Source: Rotaria socialis (Eukaryota). From it: a stretch of DNA of 64,000 nt. Numbering within the stretch: the stretch's first letter is position 1; every line of letters begins with the position of its first letter. The stretch is from positions 62,001 to 126,000 of the forward strand of contig CAJNYD010000035.1 in the NCBI GenBank assembly GCA_905331295.1. Reading direction: 5' to 3'. This document shows, piece by piece, positions 53,078-64,000 of this stretch. The translations under genes were made by a program, and so were the position numbers. The notes below the pieces were generated by a model. The model saw only the letters and a program-made list of their open reading frames with translations, did not search any database and was not told where the DNA came from.

Positions 53078-55913
53078 ATGATTAAGCGACTGCTAAATGC
53101 GGCGGGAAATATGATGTTAGAATTATTGGATGAGGCAGAGTCAGAACGTTCGAATACTCACAACCCTCATCGTGCGGTATGTATGCCAATAATCACGTCG
53201 TGCGTTTAAAGCATGCTTATTTTTACATTTAGACAAGATCAGAGGTGCTTGTGTGTGAATTTTGTCGTGAAAGCATGAGGCAAGACTTGCTTCATCAACA
53301 CAAAGTAAAAGTACTTTGACTTACGTTATTTATAAATCAATATGTTGCACGTGTAGATAACATGTCCGCAAAATCCGGCAAGAGCTCGAGTACCTCATTC
53401 ACGTCGAGATATTCAGCATCGGCGTCAGCTATCGCCTCTTCCTCATGATGTATCACATCGTTTGCTGCGCCCTCCTCCAATACCTCCACGCTCTCCTCCA
53501 ATACATCTACACCATCCTCCGATGCCTCCACGCTCTCCTCCAATACATCTACACCCTCCTCCAATACCTCCACGCCCAATACGTTCTCAATCACGTAAGT
53601 TCTATTCTATGTTTTCTTGCTTGACACATATTTGGCCTAGAGGCAAGTCAGATATTTCGTTTTTAAAAGTACTAAAATTTTGAGTAGGGTTGTTTGGAGA
53701 GTAAGCAATCCAGTCCTCCCCACCTCGTAGAATCCAAGAGTGAAAAATTACGATTTCGCCTACCGCAAGTAAAAGATTTTTTTGTGACGCTTTATTTTAA
53801 TTGTCTTCGATTTCTTACCCTATTTGACATCTTACTTAGTACAAAATTTGAAGTATTACATAATATAAGAAAATAATGAGTATAGGACTGCTACGAAGAA
53901 CATTACCAGATTTTTAACAAAAATCAAATTTATTTATTCGAGCTTTCGATAGGTATCTCCTATCATCACCAGGAATGACAATACAAAAAAGAAAACTATG
54001 TTTATATATTGGATATNACATTATAATCGGAATAGGGTCTCTATGCATGAGTCAATAATGATCCAACATGGATGTGATACGTTAATTAACAGGATTAGCG
54101 AAGAGCAAAAAGAGAAGAGAAGACAATAATGAATGCTATTTATTTTGAAAATAAATTTTATCAATATTACATTCAAATAAAAATCAAAAGAAACAGAAGT
54201 CGACTTTCTCTATTTCATAAAATTGTTCACTTGACAACAGACTTTAAAAGTATAGTTCTTTTTAAAAACTAGAATCTATTCCAGATATTCGTTTAAAATA
54301 AATATTCCCTGGATTATGACAATTAGATGTAATTAGCACGATCCTATTCTTCGTCTTCAAAACATTTTTCTTATTTGAACTTCTTTTCGATTTTTTCAAT
54401 TAGATCTTTATCATCACCAGAGATGGGCGAGTCCAGCCTTTTTTCGAGTCAAGTCAAGTCCGAGTCATTAAAAAAATGTGACTCGAGTCGACTCGAGTCC
54501 GAGTCATGACTCGAACTCGCCCATCTCTGATCATCACCATCAATATCTTGACCAAGATCGCAATTTGTTTTTCGTCAGCGATACATATAATATAGGAACA
54601 AGTCTATTGGAACATGGATACATGAAGCAGAAGCAAAAGAGGAATGAATGAAAAGAAAAACATCTTTTACAGAGAGAGCTAAAGAATACAATAAATGTTA
54701 GCTGCTTTTAGTGGAGGTTTGGAATTATCTCTCCGAAATAATTATGGATCCTTGCTGAGCATCTTACACCTTATCTAAAGAATTTTTTATTTTTATTTTT
54801 TTGTATGAAATAAAAATTTTGAGGAATTCGATATGAGAAATACATTTGAACTAGAATCGAACATCAGCTGTTCTGAGAAACATGTGTCAAAAACAAGGAA
54901 TTGAGATTTATCTTTTTCTGAGGACATCAATTTATGTTTTTGACTATTTCATTTTTAAGATCAACGTCATACGTTCTTATTTTAGTTATGTATAATCGGC
55001 AAATTTTTTAACGATTATCATTGACATTGATAAAAGAGAAAAAAAGAGAATATCAACATGTACATCATCAAATGCACAGTTAAGAAAATAATGAGTATAA
55101 GACTGCTACGAAGAACATTACTTGATTTTTAACAAAAAACACATTTATTTATTCGAGCTTTCGATAGGTATCTCCTATCATCATCAGGAATGACAATACA
55201 AAAAAGAAAACTGTGTTTATATATTAGATATGAAATGAGAGATCAAGAAAAGTTAATTGGTTGATAATAATAATTCGAATTATTATGTTCGTAGAACTTA
55301 TATTGCCCACGAAATTACGCCTTTCGACGTTGATGATTATCCGAATACGTTCAGTTTGAATTTTACAAGAAGAGTTAATTGGTTGATAATAATAATTCGA
55401 ATTATTATTATCAACCAATTAACTCTTCTTGATCTCTCATTTCATATCTAATATATAAACATAGTTTTCTTTTTTGTATTGTCATTCCTGATGATGATAG
55501 GAGATAGCTACCTATCGAAAGCTCGAATAAATAAATTTAATTTTTGTTAAAAATCTGGTAATGTTCTTCGTAGCAGTCCTATACTCATTATTTTCTTATT
55601 TACATGTTACTACTCTTCAACCACAATTCATATTACATAATATCCTCATTTCAATTTAGAGAATTTACCTACCTCAATAACGACACGAATTCCTGATGCT
55701 TTGCTATGTCCCATCACATCGGATCTTTTTGAGGATCCTGTGCTTGCAGAAGATGGACATACTTACGAAAGACAAGCAATTGTTCAATGGATTCGACAAA
55801 ATGGAACAAGCCCGATAACACGGGAGCCATTGCACGAGAAAAATCTTCGAACCAATTACACAATTCGCAAGCTTGTCGAAGAATTACACTTGAACAACTC
55901 ACTTGTTTCCTGA
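53078..55913 (+). CDS. U-box E3 ubiquitin ligase with a small Cys/His motif and Pro-rich repeats; exon structure uncertain
   Basis: Clear U-box in the last exon: LLCPITSDLFEDPVLAEDGHTYERQAIVQWIRQNGTSPITREPL...LRTNYTIRKLVE. Upstream exons (CEFC...HK/ITCP; PPIPPRSPPIHLH repeats) can splice in frame from the donor at ~53595 to the acceptor at ~55658. Confidence 0.6.
53867..54016 (-). mobile_element. Partial copy of the hammerhead-bearing foldback arm, ending at a single N
   Basis: Near-identical to 55081-55230. The hammerhead core at 53934-53979 reads CUGGUGA instead of CUGAUGA. Confidence 0.85.
54418..54529. mobile_element. 112-bp hAT-type MITE
   Basis: 15-bp perfect TIR cagagatgggcgagt; perfect 8-bp TSD atcatcac; internal gagtc/gactc repeats. 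Confidence 0.93.
55149..55194 (-). ncRNA. Minimal type I hammerhead ribozyme
   Basis: Minus strand: gucAUUC-CUGAUGA-u-GAUAGG-agaua-CCUAUC-GAAA-gc-UC-GAAUaa. Intact core, 6-bp helix II, helix I AUUC/GAAU, palindromic AGCU helix III. Confidence 0.88.
55481..55530 (+). ncRNA. Minimal type I hammerhead ribozyme
   Basis: gucAUUC-CUGAUGA(55488-94)-u-GAUAGG-agauagcua-CCUAUC-GAAA(55517-20)-gc-UC-GAAUaa. Predicted cleavage after C55524. Confidence 0.88.
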
Positions 55914-56870
55914 TGAAAAGATGATCGAAGACAAAGAGAAGAACGTCAAATAAGTCAAGAAGGCTGTCTCTATTTTTCTTCTCATTCTTTCGTGTGAATG
56001 ATTCTCTTTATTATATACATTAAAGTTGAACCTTTGATTTAATTCCAGTTTGCACACATCAACCAGTAAAAATAACAAGAGCATATTCTTTAAACATGTG
56101 GATAGGTAGTTCATGTTTTGTAGATTTACAATGTGATATAAAATCCAAGTACAATATGAGCTCCAATTCCAATACCAATAATGATTATTTGCAAAATTTC
56201 TATTTTCAAGGCTATGACTAGTTAAAACTAAATCTGATGCTGCTAATCTATCAGATCGTTCAGTCTTACAGTATAAAATATATGATAACCAAGATTCTGT
56301 GTAAATTTAGGAATTTGTGAAGTTTCTCTCTAAAACAATTGCCACTATGGATATGTCTGATATATGCTCGCATCCAAAAATTCAGTGAAAGTCAGTTTTT
56401 AGGGGGATAACTAAATTGCTAAAATTTTTGTTCTACACAGAATACTATTTTTAAGAACTTTTATAGCATATCCGGAAAAAATTGGCATTCATGATTCATT
56501 GTAATTGATCTCCTCTTTTCAAAAGTGAAATCTCACAACTCCTGAATGCCTGGATCTCACTAAAGTAGAAACGTATTGGTATATCAGTGTTCTATTTCAT
56601 TTCGTGACGTTTCTGAGTCGGGAATTCCTTTTTTATTCATTGTTAGAAGAATTAATATGAGGGATACAAGTTTGTGATACTAACAATCTAATATGTGTTA
56701 TTCAGAAAACTAATAACAGAGCCTATTTTTGAAGAATTTACCAATTTCTTTTAATGTCACATTTTCTTTGCAAATAGTTAGTCAATTCTAGCTACTCTAC
56801 GCCAATTTTTATTGAGTCGTTGTTGCAGAGAATGGTCACATTTATTATTTTAATGTAAATATAAATTGCA

Positions 56871-57416
56871 TTATACAAAACTCAAATACTTGTATTTATC
56901 TCGTAGGTCTTTTATTTCGTTATTGATCCGATCCACCCGTTGAGTAATCTCATCCAAACGAGATTGATCACTGGTGCAAAGATGCAGAAGAAGTTTTTGA
57001 AGAGCTCGTTCAATACGACAGAAATTTTCGGCGAATTTATTGACTATCTTCAAAAGTCGATCTTCATCACCAAGTGATTCGTATTTTTTTATAACTAATA
57101 GCATATCGCTATTTAAGAATATCATGTCTTGATAATCATTACAGCTGTAGTTAATTTCATCATTGAAGGAATCCTCAATATTAATAAGCTGGATAATATC
57201 TTGCCATTCGGAAACAATCATTTGTGCTTCAATACTAACTCGTATATTTTCTTCTACTGAATAGCTTCCATTATCTTGTCGTCTAAGAGCATAAGTCATA
57301 ACAGTAATTTCACCAGTCATCTCATTAATTTGACGAATTAACTCATTGTTTCTTTCAGCTGTAGCTTCTGCTCGTCTAATTACATCCACGACTGATTCTT
57401 TCAAGCTTAACAGCAT
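56871..57416 (-). CDS. 181-aa helical/coiled-coil ORF; either a standalone gene or the last exon of the MSP-domain gene
   Basis: Long open frame in AT-rich DNA. The ATG directly follows a splice acceptor (tcttatcggtttag|ATG). No recognisable family. Confidence 0.6.
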   Translation of the reverse strand: MLLSLKESVVDVIRRAEATAERNNELIRQINEMTGEITVMTYALRRQDNGSYSVEENIRVSIEAQMIVSEWQDIIQLINIEDSFNDEINYSCNDYQDMIFLNSDMLLVIKKYESLGDEDRLLKIVNKFAENFCRIERALQKLLLHLCTSDQSRLDEITQRVDRINNEIKDLRDKYKYLSFV

Positions 57417-57653
57417 CTAAACCGATAAGACAGAATGTTTCAACTGTGAAAATTCAATATTTGGAATCTATCTAAGAGAAATATAAAATTTTTAATAGTA
57501 TCGAAAAGGATATAGATACATTCGTTGTTTGATGGGTATAATAGTACATGGAATAGTCTTTCATTCAGAACGAGATCCCTAAATCTGATTTTTTTCATGT
57601 CAATACGTCAAATAAAAATTTAATCATTGGCTGATGCTCATCGTGAATTATCT

Positions 57654-58329
57654 CTATTCATAACGACCGTCAAACTCGAAAGATAAAATATTCTTGTACA
57701 ACACTGAACTGGTTTCTTGAGAATTTTGTTGTTCAATAGTATGAACGTGCGTAATGGTTACCGTTGGTTCGTTAATAAAAGCACATTGCAGCTTTGAGTC
57801 ATTTACATCTTTGAGTTCTGATGAACTTTGTTTCCACTGTAAATGATTTCAAACATCACAAGTAAGGTTACAGAAAAAGTACTCACAAAATCTTGAATAT
57901 CATTTTTATAATCGTTCGGAGCGATCGTCCATTGCACCATAAACTTATGCTTGCTTCTATCTTCCGATTGTTGACCAGCTGGCATTGGTTGGAACATTAC
58001 TACAAAAAATATTTACGATGCTGATAGAAAGAGTTCTTCGAGTAAAATATCTGTTTATACTTTGTATACTTGTAGTTCCATAAGGTTCAATAAAATCACG
58101 ATTCGGCTTAACGCAATAACGTTTAGGTGCTGTTGTCTTGATGCTAAAAGCAATGCGTTGATGACCAATATTGTTCAATTGAAGTATTGCTGTTGATACT
58201 ACATCAAAAGGGCCTATTGAGAAATTGAAGAGGAAAATGACTTGTTACTCATCTTTCTTAATCAATGATCAAGATTTCTTACATACCTTGAAAAAATAGC
58301 ATTTCATTGGGCAGAAGTTCGAGCGTCAT
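57654..58329 (-). CDS. MSP-domain (VAP-like) protein, at least 4 exons
   Basis: MTLELLPNEMLFFQ/GPFDVVSTAILQLNN...IAFSIKTTAPKRYCVKPN...DRSKHKFMVQW...F/WKQ...DSKLQCAF. The 3' end is uncertain and may continue into 56871-57416. Confidence 0.85.
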
Positions 58330-59231
58330 TTTAGTGCAATCCTGTTATAAAAGAAAAAACAGTCAAATATTGTGAGGATCATGAATTTTTCTTAACTGAA
58401 AGCGCATATTTGGTCAGATAAAGGATACATATATACTAAGTTAGTTGTCTACTGAGATACTATTAATAGTAAAGACAAAACGTAACGACGGTGCCATCTA
58501 TCTATAGAGAAACAATCCGAATAATGATCTCAGCAGACAAATAGTTAGAATAGTCATGTCAGAAAATAAGCAAAATCAAGCATGCACCAGTATGCATGAT
58601 TTCTGAAGATAATTACTGATATTCTTGTCGATTGATAGTCATTCCAAAAGCCTAGTTTTTCTCAATCTTTGGTTATAGAGAGTTAAAAGTGGATTTAAAA
58701 TTTAGTCCACCTAGCCAAACTTTATCAAGAAATACAAATTTTTGCAAGTGGCAAGAATGTGCTTAGCGGTACTTGGTCTGTGGATTTTTCGTCAAAACCA
58801 AGGTTGGGTAGATTGGACGTCGTTACTACGGTCTACTAGTGTTTGACATTTTTTTCATTTCTTTTCCAGACATATTAATTCAATGTTAAAAGATGATCTT
58901 TCAGAATAATGTGTCTCGAAGGAAAATATCAAATATGATTTGTTTGTTTGTTTTTTAATTAGAAGGACGCTCTGATCAATAGAATCGTTGTGATACTTAC
59001 CTCAAACTTCTAATGTAGTCGTCTTTCTTAAAACACACCTTGAGTTCGCAATGGATGGTAAATAACTAAAACAAAAGGCATAAGTTTTTTTGCTATCAAA
59101 AAGCGTTCTTGACGGTATGCTTTATTAGTGTTTATATACACTATGCAACAAGTTTTATAAGCATTCTTTCTCTTTCGATATTTTATCTATTGTTATCTGC
59201 TATTTTACTTCAGACTTCTCACATGCTCCTA

Positions 59232-60678
59232 CACTGTAAAAAAAAAGGGTAGAATAATAAACCCTTTAAGGGTTTATGAAAGTGCAACGTAGACTAAACC
59301 CTTTTACCGTATGTGAAAAGTTTCTTAATCCCTTTCATATACCCTTAGAAGGGTTTATGAAAGGGTATTTGATTTTCATAAACCCTAAAAGGGTTTAGTC
59401 TACGTTGCACTTTCATAAACCCTTATAAGGGTATTTAATTTTCATATACCCTTTCATAAATGCTTCTAAGGGTTTATTACAATTTCCATTCAGACAAGCC
59501 CCTTAAAAAACGCGTTAACAATCTTTCAGAAAAAGAATCCAAAAACAAATGAGTAGACTATGATTCTTTTTCGTTTGTGTTTACAATGCGCATCACAACG
59601 TATTTTTTGTAATTTATCGATCCGATTAAAATTTTGGAACTTACTGCGTTGTCCTAGGTTCGATCATGAGATGTATTGGTTGATAGTCCAAGATGTTATC
59701 CATTCAGTCAGTCGCATGATATCAATATGAAGTAAGAAATGCTACTTAAATCAAACGAAACTTGATAGGAAACTGAAGATGATATAAAGTTAAGCGGAAC
59801 AATTGTTATTACATTTTTAATTGCCATAAAAATATGCAAAAAATATTTTGCATTTAAAAAATTATTTCTTTGAAAATAAAAATTATTTTTTTACATATTT
59901 AAATAAATTAGGAAAAATTTGTTTTTGAAATATATTTCCTCAAAAAGATTTTTAAAAAGATTTAAAAACGTTTTGCTCCATTTTCTCAAAAATTTTCTAA
60001 CATATTTCTTATTTTTTTAGAAATCTATAACGTATATATTTCTAATACTTTTATAAAATTGTTGATCTATTTTAAAAACCTTTATAAGTATAAGTTTAGC
60101 TCGAAATGATTCAAAATTTATTAGAGAAATTAGCGCCTCTTTATCATACCGTTATGTTTTACGAAACAGGTACGAAATGAAAAGTGCATCGATGCATGAA
60201 TGGCAGCATTGTGAGAAAATGATTGTATTAACATGTTTATTATATCAAATTGTTTGAAGTGTCCTGTGAGAAATTTTCATGGTATATATATATATATATA
60301 TATCAGTTGAAAAAGTGTAATCCTTTGAACGAAGAATAAAAAACCCTTTTGATGATGGAGTAGAACAATAAATCCCCGTAAATCCCTCACCGTAGAATAA
60401 AATACCCTTTTTAAGTAAGTAATAAACCCTTTTCTCGAGACCGTAGAATAAAATACCCTTAGTACGAAAGTAATAAACCCTTTTATTGAAACCGCATATT
60501 AAAATACCCTTGAAGATAAAATCATATACCCTTCTCCTTAAATCTCAGATTAATAAACCCTTTTTGTTCTTGTATCATCTTTTTTTCATATACCCTTCGT
60601 TTCATAAACCCTTTAAGGGTTTAGCATGATTTGTAGAAAGGACAAGGGTTTATTATTCTACTCTTTTTTTTTACAGTG
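59232..60678. mobile_element. Non-autonomous CACTA/EnSpm-like DNA transposon
   Basis: ta|cactgtaaaaaaaaagggtagaataataaaccct ... agggtttattattctactctttttttttacagtg|ta. Dense subterminal aaaccct/ataccct repeats at both ends. Confidence 0.88.
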
Positions 60679-61051
60679 TATCCGTGGGGAATTAGAAGAG
60701 TATAATGAAAAAAAAAGAATCGACACTGAGTATTTAACAACACGATTAATGACCATTAATAATGAGTAACTATGCTTTATCTCATTACTATAATTGTTTT
60801 CAGCTAGAGTGCTTACATTTTCTATGTTATATGGGTGCAAATCGTTCTACGAGCAACAGGCCTATACAGGTTCGAAAAGAGAAAACAAATTCTGCATTCT
60901 GTTTCTCCTTCACTATGTGACGAATAATGTCACATCCCATTGACTGTTGAGAATCCATTGCTTCTTTACTAGGAAAATATAAGAAAAATGAATAACAATA
61001 TATTATATTTGATGGAACGATTAAGAATGATTTATTGTTGAAAAAAACTGT

Positions 61052-62463
61052 CTAATGTGGAGCAGGCTCAGCAAATAATTTGCCCATATCAATGCGTGTA
61101 TGTGCACGATTAAAGGCTTCCAAAGGCCCTTTTGGATCGTCTGGAGCGCTGTAGGCAATGTAGACAGCATTTTCGGCATAGTCAAGAACGAAATTCATCG
61201 CATCACCCGTTTCTGATAAACTTGTAATGTTATAAATAATGGATTCTGCATTGAGATGACCATAGTGTTCGACTAGTAAACTTCCAAGACAAGGATTATT
61301 GGATGGTTGTACGTGTTTATCCCAATAGACAACATCTCGAAGAATAGGATGGGCTTTAGTATTAAACATATCTTCCCAGTTGTAGACATTTAATTCTCGT
61401 GCACTGTATTCAATTCCTCGGAATCCAAAGTTTGTATCTGCCGTTAGTGATGAATTTCTTTCGTAAGAACCAAGACCAAGATGAATTGAACAGGTACGCT
61501 GAGCATTAGCCATCATGGTTAGTGCTGTATCGACAGAGTTGGCAAATTGGACAACATCACGAAGAACATATGTCCATGGATTTCCAAAACGTGAGGTGAT
61601 ATCGCTCTCCTTTGTAATCCACACTTTTTCACCCAACGCAATCGATGCCTCACTATATGCGCCAAGCGAACCGATAAGACCTGGATACCCAAAATTAGCG
61701 AAGGCATGTGACTGAGGGTTATGTTGTTTATAATAATCATGAAAATGATCAGTATAACCTTGATAGGAGGCATTAGGGTGATATACAGTTATTGTTGCAT
61801 ATTTAGCAATGGGAGCTTTGTCATCCCAGTCCAATGCTCGAACATGTAGTAACGTTGATCCAATGACAGAATCACCCCAAGCTCCTAAAACTGTGCACGC
61901 AGCTTTGATCATTTCTGGAAGCATGTTTACTTGGCGAATCTTGACCATATCAACTCCACTACCATCAGCAACACCGCGAATTTCATCGTCAAACCATGGA
62001 GGTGTATAAGGATGAGTAATTTCATATGTAAGATCGAGTGCACCAGCCAAACCCAAATCTGCAATCCATTTTGCAATGAACTACAGAGAGGAGCATAAAA
62101 AGAAACAATATTGGTATAAAAATTTTCTCGACTTACCGCTGGTACTATTTTTAATATTTCTTCCACCTGTTCGTATAAATATTCGAAATATGCCGGCACT
62201 AATTCAGTTATTTCTTTGCTCATTAATTTGCCCAAAGCAAAACCCATATCGTAAGGTGTTCCACCATAGACATGCACAATATTGATTTGATCATAGTCTG
62301 ATCCAACGACAAATCGTTTTCCATTCGGAACCGTGCTAACAAGGCGAGGATCTTCGCGTACGATCGGATTTGTATTTACTTTACCGGAACATGAAGGATC
62401 TGTTGAATAGATCACACTAATACGAGCTAAAAAGCAAAGCAGTAAGAGCGCACTACCATTCAT
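61052..62463 (-). CDS. Secreted/lysosomal Ntn-hydrolase, acid ceramidase/Dcd1-like, 2 exons
   Basis: Signal peptide MNGSALLLLCFLA; VHVYGGTPYDMGFALGKL; putative autoprocessing Cys in KAA-CTVLGAWG; RALDW; RTCSIHLGLG. Intron ~62081-62136. Confidence 0.8.
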
Positions 62464-62931
62464 TTCAGTAAATATTATCGACTACTGATTGTAATACAAG
62501 AGTGTGGCAGGGTAAAGAATAACTGATGGTCGATTCTCACACTTATTGCCTTGTAAAAAAAGTCAATAAATGACATCGACAGAATTATATTCAATCGATA
62601 GCAATAATGCTAAAGAAATGAGGAAAAAATGATTGCATACCGCAATACTTCGTTTGAATGCTGTATCGTCGGCTGTTGTGGTATACATACAAGTGATACA
62701 AGCATTTTTGATCGGATCGTATACTTATGATATACTGTTCTATCATTAGAGAGCAGTTCAACAATTAGCTAGTTTATCCTGAGGAAAAATTAGTAAAGAG
62801 ATTTCTTAAGCGATGCAAAACAATATGATGTTTATTGATAATTTCATCTTCAAAATTCAACACTAAGAAGCTCGAAGTATTCACTTAGATGAACATACAT
62901 CTTTAATCAGAAAAACAAAAAAATAATGTCC

Positions 62932-63903
62932 TTATTTCAAAATTGGTGTGTATTGTGGTCGATATTTAATTTCTGTAGGACAGACATTATAGGGTGTTCG
63001 TAAAATATAAAGAACACCTTCAGCAATATCTTCTGATTGAATACATTTGTCAAAATTGAAGTTCTGCGTAGCACTATGAAGCATTGGGGTATTGACAAAA
63101 CCAGGCATAATAGAACATACTTTAATACCATATTCACGAACATCTATACGACAGAAAACCGCTAATAGAATAAAAAAAACAAATAGTTCTCTATCAAACC
63201 TTCATAAATCGAACCAAGAAACCCATTAAGTCCCCATTTACTAGCATAATATTGAGCTAGTTTCCCATTAGTCATCTGAAAACATTATATCGATGGAATG
63301 TCAAATAATTATTTAACTGATTGAAAAATCCGCCTCAATATTCACTATTTTTTTGTTTTACTAACCGTTGCTGCTATGGATGATATAGCAATCACTGCAC
63401 TGTGTTTACATTCTTTCATCATTGGTAAACATCTTCCTGTCATTCGCATTAAACTTAATAAATTCACTGTCATGACTTCATCCCACATATCTACCACATC
63501 TTTTCCTGATGGTGTTTTTTCTTCGATAGAAGAAATACTCTCACCAAATATGCCAGCATTATTTATAAGAATATCTAATTTATTTTGAAATATTTGACCG
63601 ATTTCTTTACAGGCATCTTCCACTGATTGTTTCGATGACATATCACAGATAATAACGTGAGCTTTCACGGCATGTTTTGAACATTCAGTAGCTAAACTTT
63701 CCAGAGTATCACGAGAACGACCTAACAAAGCAACATTACAACTAAAATGTATTCTTGCTAGAAAGTAGAAATTTCAAATATAAATAATTTTACCCTTCTT
63801 TAGCCAAAGTTAATGCTACCACTTTACCGATGCCACTACTAGCACCAGTTATAACAGCATTTTTTCCATGTAAATCCATTGTACCCCTATATTCTCCGGT
63901 CAT
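62932..63903 (-). CDS. Classical short-chain dehydrogenase/reductase, copy 2
   Basis: Same exon structure and motifs as 51359-52329. Central exons and introns nearly identical. Confidence 0.93.
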
Positions 63904-64000
63904 TTTTCTCTAGTGCTTACGGAAAAAATGATAAGAATACTTGTAAAACAATATGATTCATGCCGAGTGAAGTTTCTATTGGTTTCTTGAGGAGGCCATT

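Larger units (their letters stand above)
55081..55598. mobile_element. Near-perfect foldback of a non-coding, hammerhead-containing unit (Penelope pLTR/retrozyme-like)
   Basis: taagaaaataatgagtata...(55081) is the reverse complement of ...tatactcattattttctta (55598). There is an additional perfect internal hairpin centred on ttcgaa at ~55398. Confidence 0.9.

Noticed and set aside
53337..53594. Acidic repeat ORF on the minus strand (VEVLEEG...)
   Set aside because: Antisense shadow of the Pro-rich exon; the splice signals support the + strand.
59260..60650. aaaccct/agggttt motifs as plant-type telomeric repeats
   Set aside because: They are dispersed, not tandem, and sit subterminally within a TIR element, so they are better explained as transposase-binding motifs.

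Overview
AT-rich eukaryotic DNA with compact genes and mostly ~50-70 nt introns. The gene content (ART-TPR family, non-metazoan-looking genes with introns, many MITEs) fits a bdelloid rotifer; that assignment is inference. Genes: a vWA-domain gene with an inverted partial duplicate; FEN1 with a p62/SQSTM1 gene nested antisense in one intron; RER1; USP36/42; a 59-aa MG-start microprotein; a TEDC2-like gene; an ART-TPR pseudogene; a class IV sirtuin; a tightly packed FASTKD/RAP-GCC1-LplA trio; two SDR paralogues; a U-box gene; an MSP/VAP-like gene; and a Dcd1/acid-ceramidase-like Ntn hydrolase. Mobile and repetitive DNA: a decayed full-length Jockey-like LINE with a 19-bp TSD, an internally deleted RTE LINE, several hAT/Tc1/CACTA-like MITEs, foldbacks and a 271-bp satellite. 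Most notable are two classes of candidate self-cleaving ribozyme (three minimal hammerheads in a foldback and a twister-like motif at the RTE 5' end), an operon-like cluster that may be SL trans-spliced and includes a bacterial-type LplA, and the nested p62. Exon boundaries and family calls were made by eye, without database searches.
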